A stretch of 64,000 nt of DNA from Bdellovibrionales bacterium (GCA_041739665.1 JBGSNK010000077.1:11204-75203); one strand, 5' to 3'; shown: positions 1 through 9,352, numbered from the stretch's first letter. Program-made: numbers and translations. Notes: a model not told the origin generated them from the letters alone.

Positions 1-1319
1 GATACACAATCTAGAGTGTAGGACAGTTTTGAATCGTTGACGGATTGACCAATTTGACCCAATTGAGCTCCATAATCAGAAGCACAAACTGAACCGATCA
101 CGCCACCTGTCGCGCGGCTTAAATGAGCGTACTCAAGTCCCGGTTGGGCACCATGGCTGGCAAGACAAGCCTCACCTTCGGGACTGAATGGGTTGACGAC
201 AATTGAGTGAAATTTAAAAATTGTGTTGGGAAATGTACTAGCAAATAAGCTGCGCAAGTTATCACCACCGGACTTCTCTGCATCTGGAAGTGGAGCGCCC
301 GAGTTGTCGGTGAGAGTTTCTCTTTCGTCGGAGATCAAGACAACATGTTTGGCTACCCCTTGACGAAGACACTGGGACTCGGGAGAGCCAGCTACAGTTG
401 AACGCTCAACAGCGCGATAGGTAGTGAAGATTCCGCGCTCCCAACCATTGCCTTCGGGATAGTTTTGACCAGTCGACTGATTTACAATGGGTTGCCCGTT
501 GTCATCTAACAGGTACAAGCCACGAACCACATTGGACTGGAGCATATCTTGAGCTTCTTGAGCGGAGTGTTGATCGTGGCGGACACAGAAAGTATCGTTA
601 TTATTCAGTTCTAAGAACTTGCCATCGACATAAGGTAAACTTGGCTTCCAAATTGTGTCCGTACCAACTGGAGATGTGGTGATCACCGAGATGTGATAAT
701 TCTGACCACGAAAAGAGTCCATAAAGGTGGAAATTCGAGAGGCCATACTGCTTTGCTCAAATTCCATTGAACCTGAATTATCCACATTGATGATGATATC
801 CACATCATCGCTAAGCTCATTGACTTGGATCGTCTTGGTTCTTTCACCTATTCTATCATAGACGGTCCAAGTCACAGTCTCGACCACTTGTCTATCGTTG
901 CGATTCGGATCGTCCTCAAAAACATCCACTTCAATACGAAAATCCTGAGGTCCAGCGGTGTCACTAGGAACAGGTATACGTCCCGTTTGTTCACAAGGCA
1001 ATTCAACTCCATTTAAAAAACAACGTATTCGATTCGGAGTTCCCTCTGGAACAATAACCTCATAGTCGACAACACCTCCATCATCTCCAACTATGCGATC
1101 TCCTGGTGTTTCATTAAAACGAATAATCACATCGGCGTCACCACCCACTGTAAATCCATCGGGACGAATATCATTTTCAAAAAACTGTTCGGGTCGGAGC
1201 GTGCTCGGTTGAGAGTCAAAGGCTACCTTTCCAGAACAATTCTGAAAGACAAACAAGGTTGTAAAGCCAAGAATAATTAATATTGGAGCGAAAATAAGCT
1301 GTTTTAGATTAGCTAACAC
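1..1319 (-). CDS. vWA-domain lipoprotein; the C-terminus runs off the window start
   Basis: Absent from the ORF track because it has no stop inside the window. The reverse strand is open from GTG at 1319-1317 (AGGGGG Shine-Dalgarno just upstream) down to base 1. The N-terminus VLANLKQLIFAPILIILGFTTLFVFQNCSGK is a signal peptide with a lipobox Cys. DIIINVDNSGSM is a MIDAS-type DxSGS motif of von Willebrand A domains. Confidence 0.7.
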   Translation of the reverse strand, partial: MLANLKQLIFAPILIILGFTTLFVFQNCSGKVAFDSQPSTLRPEQFFENDIRPDGFTVGGDADVIIRFNETPGDRIVGDDGGVVDYEVIVPEGTPNRIRCFLNGVELPCEQTGRIPVPSDTAGPQDFRIEVDVFEDDPNRNDRQVVETVTWTVYDRIGERTKTIQVNELSDDVDIIINVDNSGSMEFEQSSMASRISTFMDSFRGQNYHISVITTSPVGTDTIWKPSLPYVDGKFLELNNNDTFCVRHDQHSAQEAQDMLQSNVVRGLYLLDDNGQPIVNQSTGQNYPEGNGWERGIFTTYRAVERSTVAGSPESQCLRQGVAKHVVLISDERETLTDNSGAPLPDAEKSGGDNLRSLFASTFPNTIFKFHSIVVNPFSPEGEACLASHGAQPGLEYAHLSRATGGVIGSVCASDYGAQLGQIGQSVNDSKLSYTLDCV

Positions 1320-1629
1320 GAATCCCCCTAAAATTTTTAAATAAGCCCAGTACCATTATTAAACAAGTCGGCCATAGAAACAAAGGTCTTTTGTGAGAAA
1401 GTTAAACAAAACGAATCTAAAGGCTTATTTCCACGTCCAACTTGGAAGACGGTTGTCTCAGAGGGGGACTTTAAGACTCCTAAAACACATTGATGCGATT
1501 ACTCATCTAAAAAAGAGACGTAGAACTCTTTAGCACTTTAAAAAAGTTCGACACTCAAATCAAAATTAGTTGCAAATGAAGTGGCCCCAACTTTGCTTCT
1601 ATATAAAATATCAACAAAAGAGGGCAAAA

Positions 1630-2064
1630 ATGAATCATCTTATCTTGGCAGTAACAATCATGATCACATCCACTGTCTCATTTGCAGATATGGGAACCAA
1701 AACCTGCACCGATAAAAAAATGTACCTCCGAGACATTTGTAAAACACAACAATTAATTGGAGCTGTGACCAAATTTAGTGAGTGTGCCAACGGTTATTCC
1801 TACGAAATCTCCACTCAAGGGATCAACGCAGATGCCGACTTCGTCACGAGCAATGACATTCGCTGTAAAATGGTAGAACTTCGTATGGAAGATGGAATCG
1901 AAACACGCACTGCGTACTTTGATAAAGCGAATCAAAAAGTTGTTGTTTACCAACACGACAATGGTTTAGCCAACGCCTATGTGTATGGTCACACCGGCTA
2001 TTACCATATTACCAAGTTTGCCAGCGGCGACTCAATCTTTAATTTTCACAGTTTTGATAACTAA
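1630..2064 (+). CDS. secreted hypothetical protein
   Basis: Internal ATG of ORF 1570..2064, with GAGGG 5-6 nt upstream. MNHLILAVTIMITSTVSFA looks like a signal peptide. I recognise no family. Confidence 0.55.
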   Translation: MNHLILAVTIMITSTVSFADMGTKTCTDKKMYLRDICKTQQLIGAVTKFSECANGYSYEISTQGINADADFVTSNDIRCKMVELRMEDGIETRTAYFDKANQKVVVYQHDNGLANAYVYGHTGYYHITKFASGDSIFNFHSFDN

Positions 2065-2123
2065 TAAGCAAAACAATTTGCTGATCTAATAGGTTTTAAC
2101 TTGAAGCATTCTAGGGATAAGTT

Positions 2124-2154
2124 AGCCGCGATCACAATGTTCGCGGTTTTTTTT
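2124..2154. terminator. rho-independent terminator between convergent genes
   Basis: Stem CCGCGA 2126-2131 / TCGCGG 2141-2146, followed by a T8 run at 2147-2154. It lies between the stop at 2064 (+) and the stop at 2179 (-). Confidence 0.6.
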
Positions 2155-2178
2155 ATTTAATATTGAAAAGACTTAATA

Positions 2179-3048
2179 CTAAACGCCCACTGGATGCCAA
2201 ACTGTTTTGGACTCAGAAAGTGCCGACAAGGGTTCAACACTGAGTTTGGTAAAATCCCACAAGATAACTCTCTTCATATTGTCTACGGCAAGCTTTTGCA
2301 TCTGACAGAGACGATCTTTGTCTGCTGAGGCCACGACCAAAGCGTGAACCTCCATATGAGAAGCCATAGGGGAAGATAACTCTTCGACCGAGCCTGACAA
2401 CAAATTGATCACTCCGTTGGGAAGATCAGAGGTCTTAAAGATCTCCGCCAAATCAGATAGCAACGCGCAGCCCGGCTTATCAAAAATCATGACCAAAGAA
2501 TTGCCAGCACAAAGGGTGCTCGCGATTTGATGGAAAAACAAGTTGAGATTAAACTCTTGATCGTAAACAATTCCGACGACACCCATCGGTTCCAGGGCTG
2601 TGAAGTTATGATAGGGCCCACTGACTGGGTTAATAGTCCCTAAGACTTGATTGAGCTTATCGGCAAAGCCCGAATAATAAAGAAGAGTCTCGAGACTTTT
2701 ATCGACTTGCTCATGGGCCTGATTTTCTTGGATACCAAGAAGCTCTTGCAACTGAGCCACTAAGTCAAGACGTCGGCTGGAAAGCATTTCAGCCATGCGA
2801 TAAAGAATTTGACCCCGATTGTAGGCTGTTTTTTTCTGCCAGCTTGGCAAACCAGCTTGGGCCGCCGTTACCGCAGTACGCAGGTCTTTTCGCGAAGCAC
2901 GACAAACATAAGAGTGAAGCTTTTGTGAATTGTGCAAATGTACAGGCTCGCTGCGGCCGGATTCACTGCGCGGAAATTCTCCGTTGATAAAAAGCTTGTT
3001 AGTCTTTGGGACGAGAGGTGATGGGGTGGTTGTTCTATTGAAAATCAT
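2179..3048 (-). CDS. aldehyde dehydrogenase-like protein, N-terminal (cofactor-binding) half only
   Basis: KLFINGEF and the GVVGIV...CAGNSLVM region align by eye with residues ~50-300 of the neighbouring 510-aa ALDH. The protein stops where the ELGGKS/catalytic-Cys region would begin. There is an ATGA overlap with the upstream ALDH. Confidence 0.6.
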   Translation of the reverse strand: MIFNRTTTPSPLVPKTNKLFINGEFPRSESGRSEPVHLHNSQKLHSYVCRASRKDLRTAVTAAQAGLPSWQKKTAYNRGQILYRMAEMLSSRRLDLVAQLQELLGIQENQAHEQVDKSLETLLYYSGFADKLNQVLGTINPVSGPYHNFTALEPMGVVGIVYDQEFNLNLFFHQIASTLCAGNSLVMIFDKPGCALLSDLAEIFKTSDLPNGVINLLSGSVEELSSPMASHMEVHALVVASADKDRLCQMQKLAVDNMKRVILWDFTKLSVEPLSALSESKTVWHPVGV

Positions 3049-4577
3049 GATTGCACCTCCACATAGGGCAAAAGGCCATGACGGCCTCCCTCGCGACCCC
3101 AGCCGCTTTCTTTATATCCACCAAATGGTGAAGCAGGATCAAATTTATTGTAAGTGTTCGCCCAAACAATACCGGCTTTAAGACCCAAAGCTGTTTTCTG
3201 AATTTTAGACGCCTTTTCAGACCACACGCCCGCAGCCAAGCCATAAGCGGTGTCATTGGCTTTAACAATGGCCTCTTGTGGAGTGCGAAAGGTGGAGATC
3301 GCCAATACGGGACCAAAAACCTCTTTGCGACAAATAGACGCCGAGGATGATACATTGTTAAAAAAGCAAGGTTTGTGGAAGTATCCCTCTTTAGGAAGGG
3401 TGGTTGCGCTTGCAGAAAAGTACTCTAAACCTTCCATTTGGGCTTCGCGAACAAAACCAGTAATCTTGTCCAACTCCACCTGAGAGTGAATGGCACCGAC
3501 ATCTGTATTTTTATCCAAGGGATTGCCGACTCTAAGAGAAGACATCCGAGCCTTCAATTTTTTAACAAAAAGATTTGCAATGGACTCTTCTAATAAAAGT
3601 CTGGAACCTGCACAGCACACATGACCTTGATTAAAGAAAATACCATTCACCACGCCCTCTACAGCTTGATCGAGCGCCGCATCTTCATAAACAATTTGGG
3701 CGGACTTTCCACCTAACTCCAAAGTCAGCTTGGTGTCTTTGCCAGCCAGGGAGCGGGCAATTATTTTACCCACCTCGGTCGAACCCGTAAATGCCACTTT
3801 GTTAATATCGGGATGATTGGTTAAACGCGCCCCAGTTTCTCCAGCACCAGTGACGATATTGACAACCCCGGGAGGCAATCCGGCCTCTTGGCATATCTCA
3901 GCTAACAAGAGAGCAGTCAGGGATGTGGTCTCAGCAGGCTTGAGAACAACGCAATTTCCAGTCGCCAGTGCAGGTGCAATCTTCCAGGCGGCCATCAAAA
4001 GTGGGAAATTCCACGGAATCACCTGAGCCGCAACACCAAGGGGACGAACATTTTTTCCAGAAAAAGCATAATCCAACTTATCGGCCCAACCCGCATTATA
4101 GAAAAAGTGAGCCGCGGCAAGTGGAATATCCACATCGCGTGATTCTTTGATAGGCTTTCCATTGTCGAGTGTTTCAAGCACAGCCAATTCACGAGAGCGA
4201 TCTTGAATCAATCGGGCAATGCGAAACAAATACTGAGCTCGCTCAGAACCGGTCGTCTTTGACCAAACTTGTTCAAAGGCTTTTCTTGCCGAACGAACCG
4301 CCTTATCCACATCTTGTTCAGTGGATTCCACAACCTTAGATAATGCCAGCCCTGTAGCTGGATTGAGCGTATCAAAAAATTGTTCTCCTGTGGACTCTAC
4401 AAACTCCCCATTGATAAACAATTTTTGTGTCTCGGCAATCTTCACAATATCGGTGGATTCAAGGCTTGGCGCATATTGAAAGGAAAATCCTTTCTTTCCA
4501 CTCTCCTCTGTCTTGTGAGGCTGGTTATCTGAAGACGGGGATACCTTATCTTTTTTTCTCATAAATTTTTCTAGCAT
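3045..4577 (-). CDS. NAD(P)+-dependent aldehyde dehydrogenase
   Basis: 510 aa with ALDH hallmarks: VIPWNFPL, FTGSTEVGK, LELGGKS, FFNQGHVCCAGSRL (catalytic Cys). Confidence 0.9.
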   Translation of the reverse strand: MLEKFMRKKDKVSPSSDNQPHKTEESGKKGFSFQYAPSLESTDIVKIAETQKLFINGEFVESTGEQFFDTLNPATGLALSKVVESTEQDVDKAVRSARKAFEQVWSKTTGSERAQYLFRIARLIQDRSRELAVLETLDNGKPIKESRDVDIPLAAAHFFYNAGWADKLDYAFSGKNVRPLGVAAQVIPWNFPLLMAAWKIAPALATGNCVVLKPAETTSLTALLLAEICQEAGLPPGVVNIVTGAGETGARLTNHPDINKVAFTGSTEVGKIIARSLAGKDTKLTLELGGKSAQIVYEDAALDQAVEGVVNGIFFNQGHVCCAGSRLLLEESIANLFVKKLKARMSSLRVGNPLDKNTDVGAIHSQVELDKITGFVREAQMEGLEYFSASATTLPKEGYFHKPCFFNNVSSSASICRKEVFGPVLAISTFRTPQEAIVKANDTAYGLAAGVWSEKASKIQKTALGLKAGIVWANTYNKFDPASPFGGYKESGWGREGGRHGLLPYVEVQS

Positions 4578-4585
4578 CTCTCACC

Positions 4586-5548
4586 TCAGTCCATTGAAAA
4601 TAAATCGTCGTAAAAGTAGCGACCTGTGTACTGTTTGTAAATTTGTCTTAATACGTCGTTGAGCAAGCTGCTCGCACCAAAGCGAAAAAGATCGGGGTTC
4701 AACCAGTCTTCACCAAGCACCTCATTGACCATGCACAAATAATGGATTGCAGTTTTGGTGTCGCGAATACCACCAGCGGGCTTCATTCCAATTTTACGAC
4801 CCGTTTCTTCAAAATGATCTTTAATCACTTGTAGCATAACCAATGTGACCGGAAGTGTCGCCGCAGGGTTCACCTTGCCGGTGGATGTTTTGATAAAATC
4901 CGCACCCGCCATAATTGCGATTCGTGAAGCGAGGTTGACGTTGTCATAGGTTTGCAATTCACCAGTTTCAAGAATCACTTTTAAATGAGCTGATCCACAA
5001 GCTTCTTTAGTTGCCACAATCTCGTCAAAAACTTTTTGATACTGACCGCTGAGGAAAGCACCACGAGGGATCACCATATCAATTTCAGTGGCACCCATAT
5101 CTACAGCAAACTTCACATCGGCTAACTTTAAGTTCAAAGGCAATTGTCCCGAGGGGAAAGCTGTCGCAACCGAAGCCACTTGAACCAAGCTTCCTTTCAG
5201 TGCATCCACAGCAGTTCCGACGAGTGTTGGATAAACGCAAACCGCCGCAACCGATGGAAGTTCCGGAGCCTTGTAGTCTTGCTGGAGTTCGGCATACAGT
5301 GAACGGGGAACAGGTTGGATAGCTTTGGCACACATTTGACGAACGCGAGCCGGAGTGTCAGCCCCTTCCAGTGTTGTCAGGTCTATCATTTGGATGATGG
5401 CATAAAGAGCATCGAGCTTGCTTTGTTTTTTGATACTTCTTTTTGTAAAAGAGAGGGCCCTTTCCTCAGCTCCCACCTGATCGACAGGTTGATCGTTGAT
5501 GGGAATCCGCTGCCCACCTGATGTGACGACATATCGCGCTTGGATCAT
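4586..5548 (-). CDS. deoC: deoxyribose-phosphate aldolase (long form)
   Basis: 320 aa with DLTTLEG, FIKTSTGK (Schiff-base Lys) and KPAGGIR motifs typical of DeoC. Confidence 0.85.
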   Translation of the reverse strand: MIQARYVVTSGGQRIPINDQPVDQVGAEERALSFTKRSIKKQSKLDALYAIIQMIDLTTLEGADTPARVRQMCAKAIQPVPRSLYAELQQDYKAPELPSVAAVCVYPTLVGTAVDALKGSLVQVASVATAFPSGQLPLNLKLADVKFAVDMGATEIDMVIPRGAFLSGQYQKVFDEIVATKEACGSAHLKVILETGELQTYDNVNLASRIAIMAGADFIKTSTGKVNPAATLPVTLVMLQVIKDHFEETGRKIGMKPAGGIRDTKTAIHYLCMVNEVLGEDWLNPDLFRFGASSLLNDVLRQIYKQYTGRYFYDDLFSMD

Positions 5549-5691
5549 TGAAAAACCTCCCCATGAAGACTAGGTCGTAGCATCGATCTATACCGCGGCC
5601 AATCAATATTTGTCCATATCCTAAGCAGGGGTGGGAAGAACCCCATGTGGGAAAGTTGCTTTGCCCCCGAGGCCAGTGCTAGCATGTTGAT

Positions 5692-7011
5692 ATGACTGAA
5701 AAAAATGGCAAGCCCCCGGCTCTTAAAATGAAATTCACCGAGGCCCTCTTCAACCGTCGCATGCTCATTTGCTTGTTCAATGGGGCTTCTGCCGGTCTTC
5801 CCCTTTTTTACATTTACCACCTTATCCCGGCCTGGTTGCGTTCCGAGGATGTGGATCTTAAAACCATCGGCCTTTTTGCCTTGGTTGGAATCCCCTACAA
5901 CTGGAAGTTTCTTTGGTCCCCTTTGCTCGACCGCTACGCCCCACCCTTTTTAGGTTTACGCCGTGGCTGGATGCTCATCACCCAACTTGGATGCATGCTC
6001 AGCATGTTCGCCATGGCCTTCTTGCAACCCATAACGTCTATTGGTTGGATTGCCTATGGAGCTGCCGCACTGGCCTTCTTCTCCGCCAGCCAAGATATCG
6101 TACTCGATGCCTATCGACGTGAACTTTTAAGTGATCGCGAGTTGGGACTTGGCAACTCCATGTATATGAATGGCTACCGTGCTATGGCTTTTATACCAGG
6201 TGGATTGGGTCTCATACTTGCCGATATTTTGCCCTGGTTTTGGGTGCACATTATCATTGGCAGCTTCATGTTTGTTGGAATTGTGAAGACTCTCTTGATC
6301 GATGAGTTGCACCGCTACACTTCTCGCCCTAAAACTCTGAGAGAGTCTGTTGTCGAACCATTGAAGGAATTTTTTAATCGCAAAGGTGTGACCTCAGCTC
6401 TTCTGGTTATCTCTTTTTTGTTTTTATACAAACTGGGCGACAATATGGCCACCGCTCTCTCCACTCCCTTCTATCTTGATGTTGGTTTTTCTATGACTGT
6501 TATCGGAACCACAGTGAAATTAGTGAACTTTTGGTCCATGTTAATTGGTTCCTTTATCGGGGGCGTGGGCATTTATCGCTACGGAATCAATCGTTGCCTG
6601 TGGCTTTTTGGCTTTGTACAAATGACCTCCATTTTTGGTTTCGCAGTTCTCAACGAAGTAGGTCCTGTGCACTGGGTTTTAGCTACTGTGATTGCTTTTG
6701 AATATTTAGGTGTGGGTCTTGGCGCATCCGCCTTGACCGCTTATATGGCTCGCGCCACCAGTATGAATTTCACCGCTACGCAATTTGCATTGTTCTCGAG
6801 CCTGATTGCATTACCACGTACTTTCGCCAATGCGACAACAGGCTTTTTAATTGAAGGTGTGAACAATAAGGATGGTGTTCTCTACTCGATATTCGGCACC
6901 CTTCCGGGGCTTGGCTACACACAGTTTTTTATTCTCTGCGGACTACTTGCAGTCCCCGGATTATTTCTTCTCTTTTGGGTCGCACCATGGAACGAAACCG
7001 AACACACTTGA
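5692..7011 (+). CDS. ampG: AmpG-family MFS permease (muropeptide transporter)
   Basis: 439 aa, multi-TM. The N-terminal LPLFYIYHLIPAWLRSEDVDLKTIGLFALVGIPYNWKFLWSPLLDRY matches the AmpG signature region as I remember it. Confidence 0.75.
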   Translation: MTEKNGKPPALKMKFTEALFNRRMLICLFNGASAGLPLFYIYHLIPAWLRSEDVDLKTIGLFALVGIPYNWKFLWSPLLDRYAPPFLGLRRGWMLITQLGCMLSMFAMAFLQPITSIGWIAYGAAALAFFSASQDIVLDAYRRELLSDRELGLGNSMYMNGYRAMAFIPGGLGLILADILPWFWVHIIIGSFMFVGIVKTLLIDELHRYTSRPKTLRESVVEPLKEFFNRKGVTSALLVISFLFLYKLGDNMATALSTPFYLDVGFSMTVIGTTVKLVNFWSMLIGSFIGGVGIYRYGINRCLWLFGFVQMTSIFGFAVLNEVGPVHWVLATVIAFEYLGVGLGASALTAYMARATSMNFTATQFALFSSLIALPRTFANATTGFLIEGVNNKDGVLYSIFGTLPGLGYTQFFILCGLLAVPGLFLLFWVAPWNETEHT

Positions 7012-7069
7012 GAGAAATTTCACTCTTTGCTATCCACAAGTTATATAAATGAAAGAGTTCTTCTCCCGC

Positions 7070-7200
7070 TGGAGAGTTTTCAAGTTTCGATTGTATCTTG
7101 AGTCTCTGGCAAGCTGGAAGCGTTTTCACCCGCAGGGTGAAATGCCAGCAAGGGCATGGAGCCCGGCCTCAAGAGACAATCGAAACTTGAAAACTCTCCA
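7070..7200. repeat. structured palindromic element, copy 1 (candidate novel ncRNA or repeat family)
   Basis: 7070-7094 is the exact reverse complement of 7176-7200 (25 bp), extended by 7 bp (7096-7102/7168-7174). The interior holds P2 CTGGCA/TGCCAG with the bulge AGCTGGAAGCGT, the apex TTTCACCC-GCA-GGGTGAAA, and P3 GGGC-ATGGA-GCCC. The architecture is shared with 37291-37410. Confidence 0.7.
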
Positions 7201-7328
7201 CCAAGCAGAAAACTATTTGAGTGTCTCGCTTTGGAACGATCAACTGCTCTATTTTTCAATTGGCAGTATGGGCTTTTTGCAGGCTCAACTCTTTGCTATC
7301 ATTGAGTAAATTGATCGGGGGATGGTCT

Positions 7329-7538
7329 ATGGATTTCTTAGAATTTGTTTATTATGAGTCACTACCTTACGCTTATGCTTCGATTGGAGCCTTTGCATTC
7401 ATGAATCAAGAATTCTCAAAAATAGCCGGAGTGGCTGGTGTCGTACTTGCCTTTTGTAGCTACCAAGTTTTCATGAGAAGATACAAATACCGTATGCGTG
7501 GGCAAAATCATGGCAGAACAATAACTAGGCGAATTTAA
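7329..7538 (+). CDS. small membrane protein (69 aa)
   Basis: Internal ATG of ORF 7221..7538, preceded by GGGGGA. It has two hydrophobic segments (SLPYAYASIGAFAFM, IAGVAGVVLAFCSYQVF) and a basic tail. Its stop overlaps the convergent ABC-F stop by 4 nt. Confidence 0.45.
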   Translation: MDFLEFVYYESLPYAYASIGAFAFMNQEFSKIAGVAGVVLAFCSYQVFMRRYKYRMRGQNHGRTITRRI

Positions 7539-9352
7539 TCCAATTCGGTTAATTGAGACTCAAATTTCTGAAGAGTCTTATCTTGCTGATTAATAAGTTC
7601 ATCGAGCCTTTGATAACTGGTGGCAATTTTCATCTGAACTTCACCAATTTTTTGGAATAAATCTTGTGCCACTGGCGTTCCATACTCCAATTCTGCCATC
7701 ATCCTGTTTTTTTCTTCCAAATCGGACTCAAGATCTATGATACTCAATTCCAGTTTCTCAATTTCTTTTTTTATGGGATTCACCTGCTTGGCTCGGGCTT
7801 GCACAATTTCAGCGCGACGACGTCGCATTTCTTTTTTATCGTGATTGTTTTTTTTGGATTTTTGAACAGGCTCTTCACCCCAACCCTCTTTATTTAAAAA
7901 TTCTTCATAGGTCCCTAAGAAAAGATGGGCGTCTCCATTTTTAAACACGATAAGCTTGTTAGCCAATTTATCGAGAAGATCCTCATCATGACTGACAAAG
8001 AGAACACCACCAGGAAAATTGTCAATCTCTTCACAAAGAGCTTGAATAGACTCCATATCCAAGTGATTGGTGGGCTCATCTAAGAGTAAAAGATTGCAAG
8101 ACTTAGCAATGACTTTGCCCAACAAAACACGTCCTTGTTCGCCACCAGAAAGAACCGAGATTTTTTTTTCAGCATCATCGCCCGAGAACATCATAGCTCC
8201 ACAGATCGAACGCACTTGGCTTATCGAGAGGTTTGGGTTCTCGGAGCCAATCTCTTCATAAACCATTGCGTTGGGACTGAGCTTCTTTTTGTTGGTCTGC
8301 TGGTAGTAGGCAATGCGACTGTCGGGATGCTGGCTGATCTGTCCGTGAGCCGCGACCTGTCCGGCTATGGCGTTGAGTAAAGTCGTTTTACCGTAACCAT
8401 TTTTACCAATGATGGCGATGCGATCCTCGGGCTCTACACGAAAACTCAAGCCCTTGAACAAGGGATTTGCAGGATCATAACCAAACTCAAGATCCTCTAC
8501 AGTCATTAGAACTTTTGCAGGTGTTTCTTTAAAATTAAATCGAAAGCCGAGCTGATCTTCCGCTGAGAGTTTCATCATCGGTTTGATTTTTTCAATTTTC
8601 TTCAATTTTGATTGAGCTTGTTTAGCCTTGGAACTCTTGGCTCGAAAGCGATCCACAAAGGCCTGCATCTCTTTGACTTTTTTCTCTTGATTGACCCTGG
8701 TTTTTTCATAAATCTCCTCGTCAAGAGAGAGTTGCTCATAATACTTGCTTGTGTTGCCTTCGATTTTTCGTAAGCTTTGGCGATGAATACCCATGGTGTG
8801 GGTCACGACCGAGTCCATAAAGTTCCGATCGTGGGTGATGAGGATCACCTCCCCGCTAAAGTTTTTTAGAAACTGCCGCATCCAGTGCAAACTTAAAATA
8901 TCAAGATAGTTGGTCGGCTCGTCGAGTAACAAAAGATCGGGTTCTTGCAAAAGACTTTTCACTAAATTAATACGCAATTGGAAGCCGCCGGAGAATTCAT
9001 GGGGCGAGCGAGTCATATCTTCGGAAGTAAATCCCAGTCCGAAAAGCAGAGCTTCGGCTTTATAGAGATCGTTCTCACTGCCGCGAGGCAGGGCCGTGGC
9101 CGCCTCTTTGAGAACCTGGTCTTCTGTGAAGCGAATATGCTGATCTAAAAAACCGATGCGATAGGATTTGGGACAGTGGATATCGCCGTGATCCGCTTGC
9201 TCTTCCCCACGCATGATCTTAAACAACGTGGACTTTCCACAACCATTGCGCCCGACTAGCCCCACTACCTCGCCAGGACTGACCGAAAAAGACACATCTG
9301 AAAATAAAATACGAGATCCATAGGATTTTTGAAGATTGGCAACTTGTAGCAT
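7535..9352 (-). CDS. ABC-F family ATPase (two ABC domains, no TM domain, coiled-coil C-terminal extension)
   Basis: 605 aa with two Walker A motifs (GRNGCGKST, GKNGYGKTT), two signature motifs (FSGGFQ, LSGGEQ) and a basic/coiled C-terminus. Confidence 0.9.
   Translation of the reverse strand: MLQVANLQKSYGSRILFSDVSFSVSPGEVVGLVGRNGCGKSTLFKIMRGEEQADHGDIHCPKSYRIGFLDQHIRFTEDQVLKEAATALPRGSENDLYKAEALLFGLGFTSEDMTRSPHEFSGGFQLRINLVKSLLQEPDLLLLDEPTNYLDILSLHWMRQFLKNFSGEVILITHDRNFMDSVVTHTMGIHRQSLRKIEGNTSKYYEQLSLDEEIYEKTRVNQEKKVKEMQAFVDRFRAKSSKAKQAQSKLKKIEKIKPMMKLSAEDQLGFRFNFKETPAKVLMTVEDLEFGYDPANPLFKGLSFRVEPEDRIAIIGKNGYGKTTLLNAIAGQVAAHGQISQHPDSRIAYYQQTNKKKLSPNAMVYEEIGSENPNLSISQVRSICGAMMFSGDDAEKKISVLSGGEQGRVLLGKVIAKSCNLLLLDEPTNHLDMESIQALCEEIDNFPGGVLFVSHDEDLLDKLANKLIVFKNGDAHLFLGTYEEFLNKEGWGEEPVQKSKKNNHDKKEMRRRRAEIVQARAKQVNPIKKEIEKLELSIIDLESDLEEKNRMMAELEYGTPVAQDLFQKIGEVQMKIATSYQRLDELINQQDKTLQKFESQLTELD

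Noticed and set aside
7070-7200. I considered whether the two palindromic elements (here and at 37291-37410) are SRP/4.5S RNA, 6S RNA, a retron msr/msd, an integron attC site, an inverton or a MITE.
   Set aside because: SRP: copy 2 contains GGAAGCAG, but neither copy has the GGAA tetraloop and symmetric-loop context, and SRP RNA is single-copy. 6S: too short and no central bubble. Retron: no reverse transcriptase nearby and no long msd hairpin. attC: no RYYYAAC/GTTRRRY ends and no integrase. Inverton: a 70-81-bp spacer is very short and contains no promoter. MITE: copies of a MITE share terminal repeat sequence, and these do not. None of these could be excluded by an actual search.
7049-7309. 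ORF-track entries running through the hairpin elements: 7049..7309 (+), 37183..37389 (-), 37284..37514 (-) and 37312..37608 (+).
   Set aside because: They read straight across perfect inverted repeats, so the two arms produce mirror-like peptide segments. They lack an RBS and are better explained by the structured elements.
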